Assembly: GCA_022825385.1 (NCBI GenBank)
Contig: JAJDWX010000033.1
Coordinates: forward strand, 680 to 64,679
DNA from: Rhodothermales bacterium
GTDB taxonomy: Bacteria > Bacteroidota > Rhodothermia > Rhodothermales > VXPQ01
Direction of reading: 5' to 3'
DNA length: 64,000 bases
Notes under the pieces: generated by a model
What the model saw: the letters and a program-made list of their open reading frames with translations, nothing else
Databases searched by the model: none
What the model was told of the DNA's origin: nothing
In this document: positions 1-10,620 of the stretch, one piece after another
Layout: every line of letters starts with the position of its first letter
Position numbering within the stretch: the first letter of the stretch is position 1
Translations under genes and position numbers: made by a program

Positions 1-380
1 GCGCGCTGCTCACGTCCGAAACCGAATTGCTCGCCCGCTACGAAGAACACGCCAATGTGGTGCTTGGCAGACTGTACGCCGCCGCCGAAGGCGAATCCAA
101 GGGGCAGCGGCCCGCCGATACGGCGCCCCCCGCCGCCCCCGCCCCGCGCAAACCCAAGGAACCCCCGCCTGCGTCCCCGCTGCCTGCGGAAGAAGAAACG
201 GAGACGGAAACGGATACAGACACGGATACGGACGCCGAGGCGACGCCCGACGCGAAGGACGACGCGCCCCCCATCGACCCCGCCCCAAAAAAGCCCAAAA
301 GCACCGAAAAGGTCTCCGACGAGCCGGATTCGTCTTCGGATATCCAGCACATCCGCCGCATTTTGAAAGACCTTGATTAA
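1..380 (+). CDS. hypothetical protein, C-terminal fragment (5' end outside window) with Pro/Ala-rich and (E/D)-T repeat tail
   Basis: Frame of the 27..380 ORF stays open back to the window edge (..ALLTSETELLARYEEH..). Stop TAA at 378-380. No family motif recognised; low-complexity ETETETDTDTDTD and PAPKKPK segments. Confidence 0.4.
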   Translation, partial: ALLTSETELLARYEEHANVVLGRLYAAAEGESKGQRPADTAPPAAPAPRKPKEPPPASPLPAEEETETETDTDTDTDAEATPDAKDDAPPIDPAPKKPKSTEKVSDEPDSSSDIQHIRRILKDLD

Positions 381-408
381 GATCCTTGAAAAGGATCCCT
401 GAATCGTT

Positions 409-428
409 GCGGCGGAATCCCGCCGTTT
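409..428 (+). terminator. possible intrinsic terminator after the first ORF
   Basis: 6-bp GC stem CGGCGG/CCGCCG (409-414 with 419-424), 4-nt loop AATC, then TTTC. The T tract is short, so this is weak. Confidence 0.25.
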
Positions 429-458
429 CATCGCACACCTGACTGAAGTTTTCCAATT

Positions 459-1295
459 ATGTTTGACGCTGTTGTATACCGCCAGAATGTGGAAACCGCC
501 GCCGAAGCCATTCGCGCCCGGATCGGCCTCGCTCCCCGCATCGGATTGATTCTCGGGACGGGCCTCGCCGAACTTGCGGAAAAGATCGAAGCCGAAACCG
601 TCATACCCTACGAAGAAATTCCCGGGTTCCCCTTGTCCACGGTGGAATCGCATCCGGGCCGCCTGCTGGTGGGCACGCTGGCCGGGGTGCCCGCGTACGC
701 CTTGCAGGGCCGTTTTCATCTGTACGAAGGATACGACGCGCCCACCGTGGTTTTTCCCGTTCGCGTGTTCGGCGCGCTGGGCGTGGATACGCTGCTGATC
801 TCCAATGCAGCCGGCGGCATGAATCCCCTGTACAGGAAAGGGGACTTGATGTTGTTGTCTGACCATATCAATTTCCAGAACGCCAACCCGCTCGTTGGGC
901 CGAATATCGACGACTGGGGAGACCGCTTCCCGGACATGAGCGCGCCCTACGACGAGGAATTGCAACGCATAGCAGAAGAGAAGGCGCTGGAAGAAGGCAT
1001 TAAACTGCACCGGGGCGTATACGTGTCGGTTACGGGTCCAAACCTCGAAACGCGGGCCGAATACCGGATGCTTCGGGCCTGGGGCGCGGACGTGGTGGGG
1101 ATGAGCACCGTGCCCGAAGTGATTGCGGCGCGCCATATGAATATGCGCGTACTTGCCGTTTCGGTCGTCACCGACGAATGTTTCCCCGATGCGCTTGCGC
1201 CGGTTTCCCTCGAGGAGATTATCGCCGCCGCAGGCAAGGCGGAACCGCTCCTCACCCGGCTCATGTCGGCCATCGTATCGACCATCGGCGCATAG
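459..1295 (+). CDS. purine nucleoside phosphorylase (trimeric PNP/MTAP family)
   Basis: 278-aa ORF with ATG start. Family motifs RFHLYEGY, LISNAAGGMNP and GMSTVPEV. Confidence 0.9.
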   Translation: MFDAVVYRQNVETAAEAIRARIGLAPRIGLILGTGLAELAEKIEAETVIPYEEIPGFPLSTVESHPGRLLVGTLAGVPAYALQGRFHLYEGYDAPTVVFPVRVFGALGVDTLLISNAAGGMNPLYRKGDLMLLSDHINFQNANPLVGPNIDDWGDRFPDMSAPYDEELQRIAEEKALEEGIKLHRGVYVSVTGPNLETRAEYRMLRAWGADVVGMSTVPEVIAARHMNMRVLAVSVVTDECFPDALAPVSLEEIIAAAGKAEPLLTRLMSAIVSTIGA

Positions 1296-1333
1296 CGGAT
1301 ATTCTGCCGCCATGCCGCGCTGGCTTGCTGTCC

Positions 1334-4300
1334 ATGCCCAGGTTTGAAGAAGTAAAGCGATTCGATCACGCTGCGCTGGAGCAAGAAATGCTGGCCCTGT
1401 GGGAGCAGCGGCGCATTTTCCGGAAAAGCGTAGCGGATCGGGCGGGCAGAAAGGCGTTCACGTTCTACGAAGGGCCGCCCACCGCCAACGGACGCCCCGG
1501 CATTCATCATGTGATGGCGCGGACCATCAAGGACGTCTTCTGTCGTTACCAGACGATGAAAGGCTTCTATGTGGAACGCAAGGCCGGATGGGATACGCAT
1601 GGCCTGCCGGTCGAAATCGAAGTGGAGAAAGCGCTTGGACTCGCGGGACGCGAGGACATCAAGCGATACGGGATCGCCGCGTACAACGCCAAATGCCGCG
1701 AAAGCGTACTGCGATACAAGGAGATATGGGACGACCTGACGAAAAAGATGGGGTACTGGGTCGATCTGGACAACCCCTACGTAACGTTCGAAAACAAGTA
1801 TATCGAGACGGAGTGGTGGCTCGTCAAACGAATTTTCGAACGGGGACTCCTGTACGAGGGGCACAAGATTCAGTGGTACAGCCCGGGTTCGGGGACCGTA
1901 CTGTCTTCCCATGAGGTGAGCCTGGGCTACAAGGAAGCGCAGGACCCTTCCGTTTACGTCCGGTTCCCTGTCCGGGGCGAGGAAAACACGTTCTTTCTGG
2001 CGTGGACCACCACCCCGTGGACGCTCATATCCAATGCGGCGCTGGCCGTGGGGAGCGACGTCGATTACGTCAAGGCGCGCCTGCGGAACGCTTCCGGCGA
2101 CGAAGAATTTCTGATCCTTGCGGAAGAGCGGCTCGACGCGCTGGACGGCGACGCCGAAATAGCGCTGCGGCGCAAGGGACGGGACCTGGTCGGGACGACC
2201 TACGACCCGGTCTTTCCGTATTTTCTGGACGAGGGCCGCAAACAAGGCGCCTGGCGCGTGGTGGAAGCCGACTTCGTGTCCACGGAGGACGGAACCGGCG
2301 TGGTGCATCTGGCGCCCGCCTTCGGGGCCGACGACCATGCCGTAGGCCAGAAGGAAGGGCTCCCCCTGTTCAATCCGGTAGACCCCGCGGGCTGCTTTAC
2401 GGAGGATATTGCGCTCGTTGCGGGCATGTGGTTCAAGGATGCGGACAAGCCGATCGCGCGCGATTTGCGGGCGCGCGGCTTGCTCTACAAACACGAAACG
2501 CATCTGCACAATTATCCGCACGACTGGCGCAAGGGCACCCCGCTTATGAATTATCCGGTGGCGAGCTGGTTCGTGCGCACCACGGCGATCAAGGACCGGA
2601 TGATGGCGCTGAACGATACGATCCATTGGCAGCCCGCCGCCATGGGTACGGGACGTTTCGGCGAATGGCTGAAAAACAACGTGGACTGGGCGCTAAGCCG
2701 CCGCCGATACTGGGGAACGCCGCTGCCGATCTGGCGATCCGACAAGGAAGGGTCCGACTATATCGAAGTGATCGGCTCCATAGCGGAACTTCGGGAGAAA
2801 TGCGGCGACCAGCTGCCGGAACGCGACGAGGATATCGACCTGCATCGCCCCTTCGTGGACGCCTTGACGTGGCCCGCCCCGGACGGCGGGACGATGCGGC
2901 GCGTGCCGGAGGTGATCGACGTATGGTTCGATTCGGGCGCCATGCCATTCGCGCAGTGGCATTATCCATTCGAAAACAAGGAAAAATTCGAGCGGCATTT
3001 TCCCGCAGACTTCATCGCCGAAGGCGTCGACCAGACGCGGGGCTGGTTCTACACCATGCACGCGCTGGCGGCGGCCGTAATGGATTCGGTGGCCTACGAG
3101 AATGTGGTTGTCAATGGCCTCATCCTCGACGAGCGGGGAGAAAAGATGTCGAAATCGCGGGGCAATGCGGTGGATCCGTTCGAAACGATCGCGCGCTACG
3201 GGGCGGATACGGTGCGGTGGTACATGATGAGCAATTCGCCGCCCTGGGAGAACATCAAGTTTTCGGAACGCGGCCTGGGCGATACGCTTCGGAAATTTTT
3301 CGGTACGCTGGAAAACGCGTACGCCTTTTTCGCCACCTACGCGAACATCGACGGCTTCGCCTATGCCGGCCCCCGCATCCCCGTACGGGAACGCCTGGAA
3401 CTGGATCGCTGGATCGTCAGTTTGCTGCACAGCACGGTCGGGCAGGCGGATCGCGCGTACCAGGCGTACGATCCTACGCGGGCCGCACGGGCGGTCGAAC
3501 GGTTCGTGGAAGAACTTTCCAACTGGTATATCCGGCGCTCCAGAAGGCGCTTCTGGAAGGCGGCGGACACAAGCGGCGACAAGGAAGCCGCCTACCAGAC
3601 GGTGTACGAATGCCTGATGGCCATTGCGGGCATGATGGCCCCCATCGCGCCCTTCTTCAGCGACTGGCTGTACCGCGCGCTGCTGGCGGGCGCAAGCCAG
3701 GAAGGAAGCGAATCCGTGCACCTGGCGCCTTTCCCCGAGCCGGTCGAGGCCGAAAGGGATCTGGACCTTGAACGACGCATGGCGCTGGCCCGAACGATTT
3801 CCTCCCTTGTCCTTTCCCTTAGAAACCGGAGCGAACTCAATGTGCGGCAACCGCTTTCGCGGATTCTCGCAGTTACGAGCGAGCAGGTCCAAAAAAGCGA
3901 CATAGAACGGGTCCGCACGATCATTCTGGACGAAATCAATGTCCGCGCCATCGAGTATGTCCCGGAATCCAGCGGGCTGGTGAGGCGTTCGGCCCGCCCC
4001 GATTTCAAGCGGCTGGGGCCGCGCCTCGGCAAACGCATGAAATCGGTCAATCGGGCCGTCCGGGGGCTGGACGAAGCGGAAATCGCCCGATACGTACGCG
4101 AAGGCCGCATCGCTGTCGAGGCGGACGGAGAGCAAATCGAACTGGGGCCCGGGGACCTTGAAATAACCAGCGAAGAAGTAACCGGGTGGCTGGTTGGGCA
4201 GGAGAACGACGTCACCGTCGCGCTCGACGCCACGCTCACGGCAGACCTCGTCGCCGAAGGGCAGGCGCGCGAAATCGTAAACCGCATGCAGAATTTGCGC

Positions 4301-4519
4301 AAACGAAACGGCTTCGAGGTAACGGATCGCATTCTGGTCGAATACCAGGCTGCGGGCCCCTTGTCCGACGCGATTCGGCGACACGGCGAGTGGATACGGA
4401 ACGAGACCCTGGCGCTGGAGTTAAACGCGGTTAATTCTCCCCAGGGAGATGTCGTGGACGTTTTCCGCATTGGGGAAGAAACGCTCCATGTGGGGGTTCG
4501 CCGCGTTGAAAATCCATAA
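1334..4519 (+). CDS. ileS: isoleucine--tRNA ligase (type 2)
   Basis: ORF track gives 1178-4519, but its first 52 codons overlap the PNP gene, so the start was moved to ATG 1334 (MPRFEEVKRFDH..). Class I signatures PPTANGRPGIHH (HIGH) and KMSKS. 1061 aa. Confidence 0.95.
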   Translation: MPRFEEVKRFDHAALEQEMLALWEQRRIFRKSVADRAGRKAFTFYEGPPTANGRPGIHHVMARTIKDVFCRYQTMKGFYVERKAGWDTHGLPVEIEVEKALGLAGREDIKRYGIAAYNAKCRESVLRYKEIWDDLTKKMGYWVDLDNPYVTFENKYIETEWWLVKRIFERGLLYEGHKIQWYSPGSGTVLSSHEVSLGYKEAQDPSVYVRFPVRGEENTFFLAWTTTPWTLISNAALAVGSDVDYVKARLRNASGDEEFLILAEERLDALDGDAEIALRRKGRDLVGTTYDPVFPYFLDEGRKQGAWRVVEADFVSTEDGTGVVHLAPAFGADDHAVGQKEGLPLFNPVDPAGCFTEDIALVAGMWFKDADKPIARDLRARGLLYKHETHLHNYPHDWRKGTPLMNYPVASWFVRTTAIKDRMMALNDTIHWQPAAMGTGRFGEWLKNNVDWALSRRRYWGTPLPIWRSDKEGSDYIEVIGSIAELREKCGDQLPERDEDIDLHRPFVDALTWPAPDGGTMRRVPEVIDVWFDSGAMPFAQWHYPFENKEKFERHFPADFIAEGVDQTRGWFYTMHALAAAVMDSVAYENVVVNGLILDERGEKMSKSRGNAVDPFETIARYGADTVRWYMMSNSPPWENIKFSERGLGDTLRKFFGTLENAYAFFATYANIDGFAYAGPRIPVRERLELDRWIVSLLHSTVGQADRAYQAYDPTRAARAVERFVEELSNWYIRRSRRRFWKAADTSGDKEAAYQTVYECLMAIAGMMAPIAPFFSDWLYRALLAGASQEGSESVHLAPFPEPVEAERDLDLERRMALARTISSLVLSLRNRSELNVRQPLSRILAVTSEQVQKSDIERVRTIILDEINVRAIEYVPESSGLVRRSARPDFKRLGPRLGKRMKSVNRAVRGLDEAEIARYVREGRIAVEADGEQIELGPGDLEITSEEVTGWLVGQENDVTVALDATLTADLVAEGQAREIVNRMQNLRKRNGFEVTDRILVEYQAAGPLSDAIRRHGEWIRNETLALELNAVNSPQGDVVDVFRIGEETLHVGVRRVENP

Positions 4520-4595
4520 CTAAACAGATACGACAGGGAAGTATTCGGAACGGCAAGAAGCATCCGGAGACTATTTCTCTTCGCGTACTTTGGAC

Positions 4596-5054
4596 ATGGC
4601 TGTGAAAACATCATCTACCGACGCCAACGCTTCCGCGGCCAGCGAAGGGGCAGGGGGGAGCGCGCAGTCGGACGTCCGCACGAACACATGGTTCGCGGAC
4701 GACGACTTCGAGCATTTCAAGGGGATCATTCTGGCCCGGCGCATGGAAGCCGTGGAAGACATCGACCGGATGCGCACGCAACTGGACGACGTGCGCGAAC
4801 AAGCCGAAAACGATACCGCGTACAGCTTTCACATGGCGGACGCCGGAACCGACGCCATGGAGCGCGAAAAATTATACCTGATGCTGGCGCGGCAAAAGAA
4901 ATACGTGGGCTACCTGGACCGCGCCCTGGAGCGCATCAAAAACAGGACCTACGGGATATGCCGCGTGACGGGCAAGGCGATCTCCAGAGAACGTCTGGAA
5001 GCCGTGCCGCACACGGAGATGTCGATAGAGGGCAAGGCAAGGCAAAAGAGGTAG
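4596..5054 (+). CDS. DksA/TraR-family protein (degenerate zinc finger)
   Basis: Track start 4590 is TTG; first ATG is 4596. The C-terminal YGICRVTGKAISRERLEAVPHTEMSIEGK matches the DksA/TraR finger region. The ileS - dksA-like - lspA order is common in Bacteroidota-like genomes. Confidence 0.75.
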   Translation: MAVKTSSTDANASAASEGAGGSAQSDVRTNTWFADDDFEHFKGIILARRMEAVEDIDRMRTQLDDVREQAENDTAYSFHMADAGTDAMEREKLYLMLARQKKYVGYLDRALERIKNRTYGICRVTGKAISRERLEAVPHTEMSIEGKARQKR

Positions 5055-5084
5055 ACGTTACGGGCGGCGGTCCAGTATACGATT

Positions 5085-5729
5085 ATGATGCGCGTTCTCT
5101 GGATCTCCGGTCTTGTCGTTCTTCTGGACCAGTCCACCAAGCAACTTGTGCTCCGCACGATGTATCGGGGCCAGCAAATTCCCGTGCTGGGCGACTGGTT
5201 GAAGTTCACGTTCACCGAGAATCCCGGCATGGCGTTTGGCATTACGCCGGGGCCCACCGCGGTCGTGACCGTGTTTTCCATGGTGGCGACGGCCCTGATC
5301 GTATTCTACCTCTACCGCGTTCGGCAGGATTACTACCCCTACCGGGCAAGCCTGGCGCTTATTCTGGGCGGCGCCGTCGGCAACATTATCGACCGCCTTT
5401 TCTACGGAGACGCGCTGTTTTCCGGCAAAGTGGTCGATTTTATTCACGTGAACCTGTGGAGCGGATTCCTTCCCGAATCCATTCCGCTGGTCGGCGGCAT
5501 GTATATTTCCCTGTTCCCGATATGGAATGTGGCCGATATGGGGATCGTATGCGGGGTGGCCAGCGTGATTCTTCTGCACAAGCCATACGCGCGATACACG
5601 CAAGAACAAGCGGAACGGGAAACCGCGCAAAACGAGGCGGACGCTCCAGAGGCTGCCCTGGAAGACGCCCCGGGCGCGCTTCCGGAAGCGGTTTCCGATC
5701 CCGGCGATCCGGACGGAAAGATCGCGTAA
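5085..5729 (+). CDS. lspA: lipoprotein signal peptidase (signal peptidase II) with ~50-aa acidic/Pro-rich C-terminal tail
   Basis: Motifs [33 protein letters not shown] and WNVADM. 214 aa, against the ~165 aa typical of the family. Confidence 0.9.
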   Translation: MMRVLWISGLVVLLDQSTKQLVLRTMYRGQQIPVLGDWLKFTFTENPGMAFGITPGPTAVVTVFSMVATALIVFYLYRVRQDYYPYRASLALILGGAVGNIIDRLFYGDALFSGKVVDFIHVNLWSGFLPESIPLVGGMYISLFPIWNVADMGIVCGVASVILLHKPYARYTQEQAERETAQNEADAPEAALEDAPGALPEAVSDPGDPDGKIA

Positions 5730-5778
5730 TCCGAACCTGTCGGGCGCGCCCGGCGGTTCATTCCGACAGGGTACGGAC

Positions 5779-7587
5779 ATGTCCGACGAAAGACAGAGCC
5801 GGATACGTAATTTTTGCATCATTGCGCACATCGATCATGGCAAGAGCACCCTTGCCGACCGATTGCTCGAACGCACAGGCACCCTGACCGAGCGCGAATT
5901 GCAAGCGCAGGTGCTCGACAGCATGGACCTTGAGCGCGAGCGGGGCATCACCATCAAAAGCCATGCTATTCGCATGGGCTACCGGGCGGCGGACAACGAG
6001 GAATACGTGCTGAACCTGATCGATACGCCGGGGCACGTAGATTTCACGTACGAGGTGTCTCGCGCCCTGAAAGCCTGCGAAGGAGCCATCCTCGTGGTGG
6101 ACGCCGTACAGGGCATCGAAGCGCAGACGCTTTCCAACGTGCACCTGGCCCTGGGAGGCGACCTGGAGGTCATTCCGGTGATCAACAAGGTGGACTTGCC
6201 CAATGCGCGCCCCGATATCGTAGCCCGGTCCATTGAGGACCTGCTGGGCGACGACGCAGAGGATATCATTCGGATAAGCGCCAAGACCGGCTTGGGCGTG
6301 GAGCGGTTGCTAGAAGAAATCGTCCGCCGCGTTCCGCCCCCGCAAGGCAACCCGGACGCCCCCCTTCAGGCCCTTATTTTCGACTCGATTTTCAATCCGT
6401 ACCGCGGGTCCATCGTGTACGCCCGCATTTTCCACGGGACGCTGAAGAAAGGGGAGCGCATGCGCTTTATGTCGAACGGACAGGAATACGATGCAGAGGA
6501 AATAGGGACGCTGCGTCTTTCCATGGACCCGGCGGACGAACTGCGCGCCGGCGAAGTGGGCTATCTGATCGGTTCGGTGAAGGAGGTAGGGCATACGCGG
6601 GTAGGGGACACCGTCACGCTGAAATCCCGGCCCGCCGAGGCGCCCATATCGGGTTTTCGGGAAGTCAAGCCCATGGTGTTCAGCGGCGTATACCCCGTCA
6701 ACCCCGACGATTTTTCCGACTTGCGTTCTTCGCTCGAGAAGCTGCAACTCAACGACGCCGCGCTGACCTACGAGCCGGAAACCTCCGCCGCGCTCGGCTT
6801 CGGGTTTCGCATCGGCTTCCTCGGACTGCTCCATATGGAGATCGTGCAGGAGCGCCTCGACCGCGAATTCGGGCTGGAGATCATCGCTACGGTGCCGAAC
6901 GTCAAGTACGAAGCGCTTGCGCGCGACGAATCCGTGCATATCGTGGACAACCCGAGCAGCATGCCGCCGCGCGGCGAAATCGAACGGATTCGGGAGCCGA
7001 TCGTGCAGGCTGAAATCATTACGCCGCCAAACTACATCGGCAACCTGATGCAATTATGCCAGGATCGCCGGGGCGTCTACGTCAATCAGGCGTACCTTGG
7101 CGAAGAGCGCGTAAACCTTCAGTACGAACTTCCCCTCGCGGAAATCGTTTTCGACTTCTACGACCGGTTGAAAAGTTGCAGCCGGGGCTATGCTTCTTTC
7201 GATTACGAATTTCTGGAATACCGGGAAAGCGCGCTGGTCAAACTGGACGTATTGATCAACGGAGACCCGGTGGACGCGCTTTCGACCATTGTCCATAAAG
7301 ACAAAGCCTACGACATGGGGCGCAAGCTGACGCGAAAACTGAAGGAACTCATTCCCCGGCAAATGTTCGAGGTGGCCCTTCAGGCGGCCATCGGCAACAA
7401 GGTGATTGCCCGCGAAACGGTGCGGCCCCTGCGCAAAGACGTAACGGCCAAATGTTACGGCGGCGATATTTCCCGGAAGCGAAAACTGCTCGAAAAACAG
7501 AAAGAAGGCAAGAAGCGCATGAAGCAGGTAGGCAGGATCGAGGTGCCGCAAGAGGCCTTTCTGGCCGTTCTCTCGATGGAAGGGTAG
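5779..7587 (+). CDS. lepA: translation elongation factor 4
   Basis: 602 aa. GTPase motifs [17 protein letters not shown] and NKVD, plus the LepA-specific C-terminal region. Confidence 0.97.
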   Translation: MSDERQSRIRNFCIIAHIDHGKSTLADRLLERTGTLTERELQAQVLDSMDLERERGITIKSHAIRMGYRAADNEEYVLNLIDTPGHVDFTYEVSRALKACEGAILVVDAVQGIEAQTLSNVHLALGGDLEVIPVINKVDLPNARPDIVARSIEDLLGDDAEDIIRISAKTGLGVERLLEEIVRRVPPPQGNPDAPLQALIFDSIFNPYRGSIVYARIFHGTLKKGERMRFMSNGQEYDAEEIGTLRLSMDPADELRAGEVGYLIGSVKEVGHTRVGDTVTLKSRPAEAPISGFREVKPMVFSGVYPVNPDDFSDLRSSLEKLQLNDAALTYEPETSAALGFGFRIGFLGLLHMEIVQERLDREFGLEIIATVPNVKYEALARDESVHIVDNPSSMPPRGEIERIREPIVQAEIITPPNYIGNLMQLCQDRRGVYVNQAYLGEERVNLQYELPLAEIVFDFYDRLKSCSRGYASFDYEFLEYRESALVKLDVLINGDPVDALSTIVHKDKAYDMGRKLTRKLKELIPRQMFEVALQAAIGNKVIARETVRPLRKDVTAKCYGGDISRKRKLLEKQKEGKKRMKQVGRIEVPQEAFLAVLSMEG

Positions 7588-7605
7588 CCGCCAGGGGAAT
7601 ATGCC

Positions 7606-8415
7606 ATGAGGAGCGCGCGAATCCGGGTAGGCCTGGGGCTGTTTTTTCTGCTGGGAAATGCAGGATGGGGCGCCGCGCATGCGCGAGGCCAGTCGAACGA
7701 CCCCACAGACGCCTTGCTGGACTTGTACCAGATTGCTCGCCTGCGCGTGGAAGCGCAAGACGTTTTTTCCCGAAAAGGCTTGCGCGTAGCGCCGCTTCCG
7801 CCGGACCGACTCCCCTGGGTAGCCGAGGATGTGCGGAAACAGATGGCGGCGCTGGAAGCGCTCAGAAATCCGCCGCCGCCCTCCATCCACAGCATCCGCC
7901 TGACGCCCCCCTCGGAAACAGACGCCTTCGAGGAAGCGTTCCGGGACACGCAGTGGGCCTATCTTGGCAGCAACGAACGCATCCCCGCCGATACCATGCG
8001 CACGCGCGCCCTGCGCGCCTTGCTCGAAGCCCGCTTCGGTCCGCCGACCCGCACCGTTGCGGAACAGGTCGCCGCAGGCCAGCCGCCCGCCGAGTATATC
8101 CAGTTCGAATACCGATTCGTCCTGAACGACAGCATTCCGGTGGCGCTTGTGGACGTCAACGGCCCCCTGGAGCGGGGCGTCGTGACCATGACGGACCGGA
8201 TATACCGGGACCGCCTGCCCGAATTCAAGGCGACCCTGCTTGATCCCGCCTTGCGCGCAGGCGTTCGCGCCCCCTATGCGGACTACTACTATGTCCGCGC
8301 CCGGCAATCCTGGTTTTTAACCGGCTTCGACGGGGAACGCTTTTTTCTCGAAAGGATACCCGTTCCGGATATGAAACAGGGACGTCCCTCGTTGTACAGA
8401 GAATCCGACCGTTAA
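7606..8415 (+). CDS. hypothetical secreted protein
   Basis: 269-aa ORF with ATG start and a signal-peptide-like N-terminus ([20 protein letters not shown]). No family motif recognised. Lies tightly between lepA and lepB. Confidence 0.55.
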   Translation: MRSARIRVGLGLFFLLGNAGWGAAHARGQSNDPTDALLDLYQIARLRVEAQDVFSRKGLRVAPLPPDRLPWVAEDVRKQMAALEALRNPPPPSIHSIRLTPPSETDAFEEAFRDTQWAYLGSNERIPADTMRTRALRALLEARFGPPTRTVAEQVAAGQPPAEYIQFEYRFVLNDSIPVALVDVNGPLERGVVTMTDRIYRDRLPEFKATLLDPALRAGVRAPYADYYYVRARQSWFLTGFDGERFFLERIPVPDMKQGRPSLYRESDR

Positions 8416-8465
8416 GGACGCGCCGACCACAACCCATTCGCAAAACGAATGCGCTTGGCGCGTCC
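8416..8465 (+). other. nested stem-loop immediately after the stop codon of the 7606-8415 ORF
   Basis: GGACGCGCC (8416-8424) pairs with GGCGCGTCC (8457-8465). The inner hairpin is CATTCG-CAAAA-CGAATG. No T tract follows, so function is unknown. Confidence 0.4.
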
Positions 8466-8554
8466 CCTTCACAAGTAATCGACCGGACACGATTTTGGCA
8501 GCATCTCCAACAGGCCGCAACAAGCGCCGCGCCCCGAAAGACCGCCTGGCCCGC

Positions 8555-9625
8555 ATGGCCGCGCCGCCTGCGGACAAGCAGGGTTCCGCCCGAAGCAAAA
8601 AGCCGAAAAGCGCGCTCAGGGAATGGACGGACGCTTTTCTGTACATTCTGGTGATCATGGTGATCGTACGGACGCTCTTCTTCGATCTGTTCAGGATCCC
8701 CACGCCCTCCATGGAAAAAAGCCTGCTGGTGGGGGACTACCTGTTCGTTTCGAAGATACATTACGGCACCCGTACGCCCCTGACGCTCGGCATTCCCTTC
8801 ACGCCCGTCTACGTCAGGGATTTTCTGTTGCCGCATACCCGGTTTCCGGGATTTACGAACGTCAAGCGGGGGGACGCCATCGTATTCAATTTCCCGCCGG
8901 ACGGCCAGCCCATCGACCGCAAAACGCATTACATCAAGCGCGTCGTCGGCATGCCGGGCGAACGCATCGAAATAGCCAATAAAATGGCGTACGCGGATGG
9001 AAACGCCTTGCCCCTCGGCAAGAATATGCAGCAGTACTGGGACGTGCGCAAAAGCGACCCCCGCATGCAACTTTCCGGCGCGGCGCTGCGGGAACTGGGC
9101 GTGTCGGACTTCCAGACCACCTCGGACATGAGCGTGGTGCGGGTGCAAGCGACCCGGGAGGCCGCGGAAGCCATAGAAAGCTGGTCCTGGATCGACCGCG
9201 TCGAGCCGTCCATCGTGCGGGAGGCCGCCGCCGAATACTACGACATGGTTATGTATCCCTCCGGGCGCGGATATACGCCCGACAATTTCGGCCCGGTAAC
9301 CATTCCCGCCAAAGGACGCTCCGTTGCGCTGACGCAAGAGAACTGGGAAATCTACGGGCCCGTCATTGCCCGGTACGAAGGCCATGCCGTCCGCCAGAGG
9401 AGCGACGGGGGCTTCGAAGTGGACGGCGCGCCGGTTACCTCCTGGACGTTCCGGCAGGATTATTACTTTGTGATGGGAGACAACCGGGACAATTCGGAGG
9501 ACAGCCGCTTCTGGGGATTCGTGCCCATGGATCACATCGTGGGCAAGGCCGTGCTCATCTATTTTTCCTGGGACAAGGAGGCCGTGTTACCCCGCTTCCG
9601 AAGATTCTTCCATGTGATCCGGTAG
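8555..9625 (+). CDS. lepB: signal peptidase I
   Basis: S26 motifs [10 protein letters not shown] (Ser nucleophile), [11 protein letters not shown] (Lys) and [18 protein letters not shown]. Track start 8495 is TTG, so the first ATG at 8555 is used; the start remains uncertain. Confidence 0.88.
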   Translation: MAAPPADKQGSARSKKPKSALREWTDAFLYILVIMVIVRTLFFDLFRIPTPSMEKSLLVGDYLFVSKIHYGTRTPLTLGIPFTPVYVRDFLLPHTRFPGFTNVKRGDAIVFNFPPDGQPIDRKTHYIKRVVGMPGERIEIANKMAYADGNALPLGKNMQQYWDVRKSDPRMQLSGAALRELGVSDFQTTSDMSVVRVQATREAAEAIESWSWIDRVEPSIVREAAAEYYDMVMYPSGRGYTPDNFGPVTIPAKGRSVALTQENWEIYGPVIARYEGHAVRQRSDGGFEVDGAPVTSWTFRQDYYFVMGDNRDNSEDSRFWGFVPMDHIVGKAVLIYFSWDKEAVLPRFRRFFHVIR

Positions 9626-10594
9626 CGGCGGCGCGGCGCCCGTGCTTTCGGATCGCAACAGGTCGAAACGCTTCTGCTGGCTTGTGCCCGGCGGCACGTC
9701 GTACGGATGGGCGGGCAATTCGACCCGCCGCAGCGTCGGCGCTTCGCCCCGAACGAACGGCGCGGGCGCCCCTTCCGGGTCCTCCCCGACGACGATCACC
9801 GTGGTTCCCTGCGCAAGAATGCGGCTGCCCGTGGATCCCGGCCCGACCAGGCCATTTTCCACTTGCCAGGGGGTCGCCCAGTCGTAAATCCATTTTGCGT
9901 CGGCTTCCACCAGCCGTACGCATCCATGGCTGGTGGGTCCGCCCGTGGGCATGGGGTATTGATGCACATGGATTCCCCGGGCAGTATGAAAATTGAATAC
10001 CCAGTACATTTCCCACCGTTCGCCGGGCGGGCTCAGGGAGGATATGCGGTATTCCGTTTTCCAGTTGAAATTGAAGCGGCCTTGCGGCGTGGGATTGGAG
10101 GGGACGCCCGTATTAACGATGCCCCACCGCGCCAGTTCGCCATGCTCGTAGGCGGCCCAGGCCTGTATGGTTTTGTGGATGACGAACAATTTGTCGAATT
10201 CCCGAGCGTTCGGATACGTAACGGGAAACGGCGCATAGGCCCGGAAGTCCGTCTCGAATTGGCGGGGAATCACCAGCGTGTCGCCGATCTCGACGGCGCC
10301 CATCAACCGGCGATTCAGCAGTTCCACCAGTTTGGAGCGGGCGTGGCCCCGTTTGGCGTCCCCCTCGCCCATAATCTTGTAAAAACTGTTGCGGGCCAGC
10401 ACCGTGCTTCCCCGTCCGTCGCCCAGCACGAAATAGTCGTATTCTACCCTGGGCAGGTCCGCCACGCTTTCGACGCGGTAGTTTTCCAGCGCCGCCTCGA
10501 TGTCCTGCTGATTGATGTAGGATTGCGCCGCCGCGACATGGCTTCCCGCCACGAGCAAAAGCGCGCCAAGGATTTTTCTGAACGAAAAGGGCAT
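9587..10594 (-). CDS. L,D-transpeptidase (YkuD) family protein
   Basis: Catalytic motif [20 protein letters not shown]. Signal peptide [20 protein letters not shown]. Track start 10615 is TTG; ATG 10594 is used. Confidence 0.85.
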   Translation of the reverse strand: MPFSFRKILGALLLVAGSHVAAAQSYINQQDIEAALENYRVESVADLPRVEYDYFVLGDGRGSTVLARNSFYKIMGEGDAKRGHARSKLVELLNRRLMGAVEIGDTLVIPRQFETDFRAYAPFPVTYPNAREFDKLFVIHKTIQAWAAYEHGELARWGIVNTGVPSNPTPQGRFNFNWKTEYRISSLSPPGERWEMYWVFNFHTARGIHVHQYPMPTGGPTSHGCVRLVEADAKWIYDWATPWQVENGLVGPGSTGSRILAQGTTVIVVGEDPEGAPAPFVRGEAPTLRRVELPAHPYDVPPGTSQQKRFDLLRSESTGAAPPLPDHMEESSEAG

Positions 10595-10620
10595 GGGGTT
10601 CGGCGGTTCAGACAAGGGAT

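Noticed and set aside
947-2626. 559-aa minus-strand ORF antisense to ileS. Similar cases are 2693-4384 and 3592-4614.
   Set aside because: It lies entirely inside the well-supported ileS frame. Its Arg/Gly/Pro-rich composition is typical of stop-free antisense frames in high-GC DNA.
4587-4592. A third TACTTT promoter-like hexamer, upstream of the dksA-like gene.
   Set aside because: There is no -35-like hexamer 17 nt upstream, and the hexamer sits only 4 nt before the ATG.
5735-5770. Hairpin CCTGTCGG..CCGACAGG after lspA, considered as a terminator.
   Set aside because: It has a 20-nt loop and no T tract, and lepA starts 9 nt later. It is more likely incidental or a weak mRNA structure.
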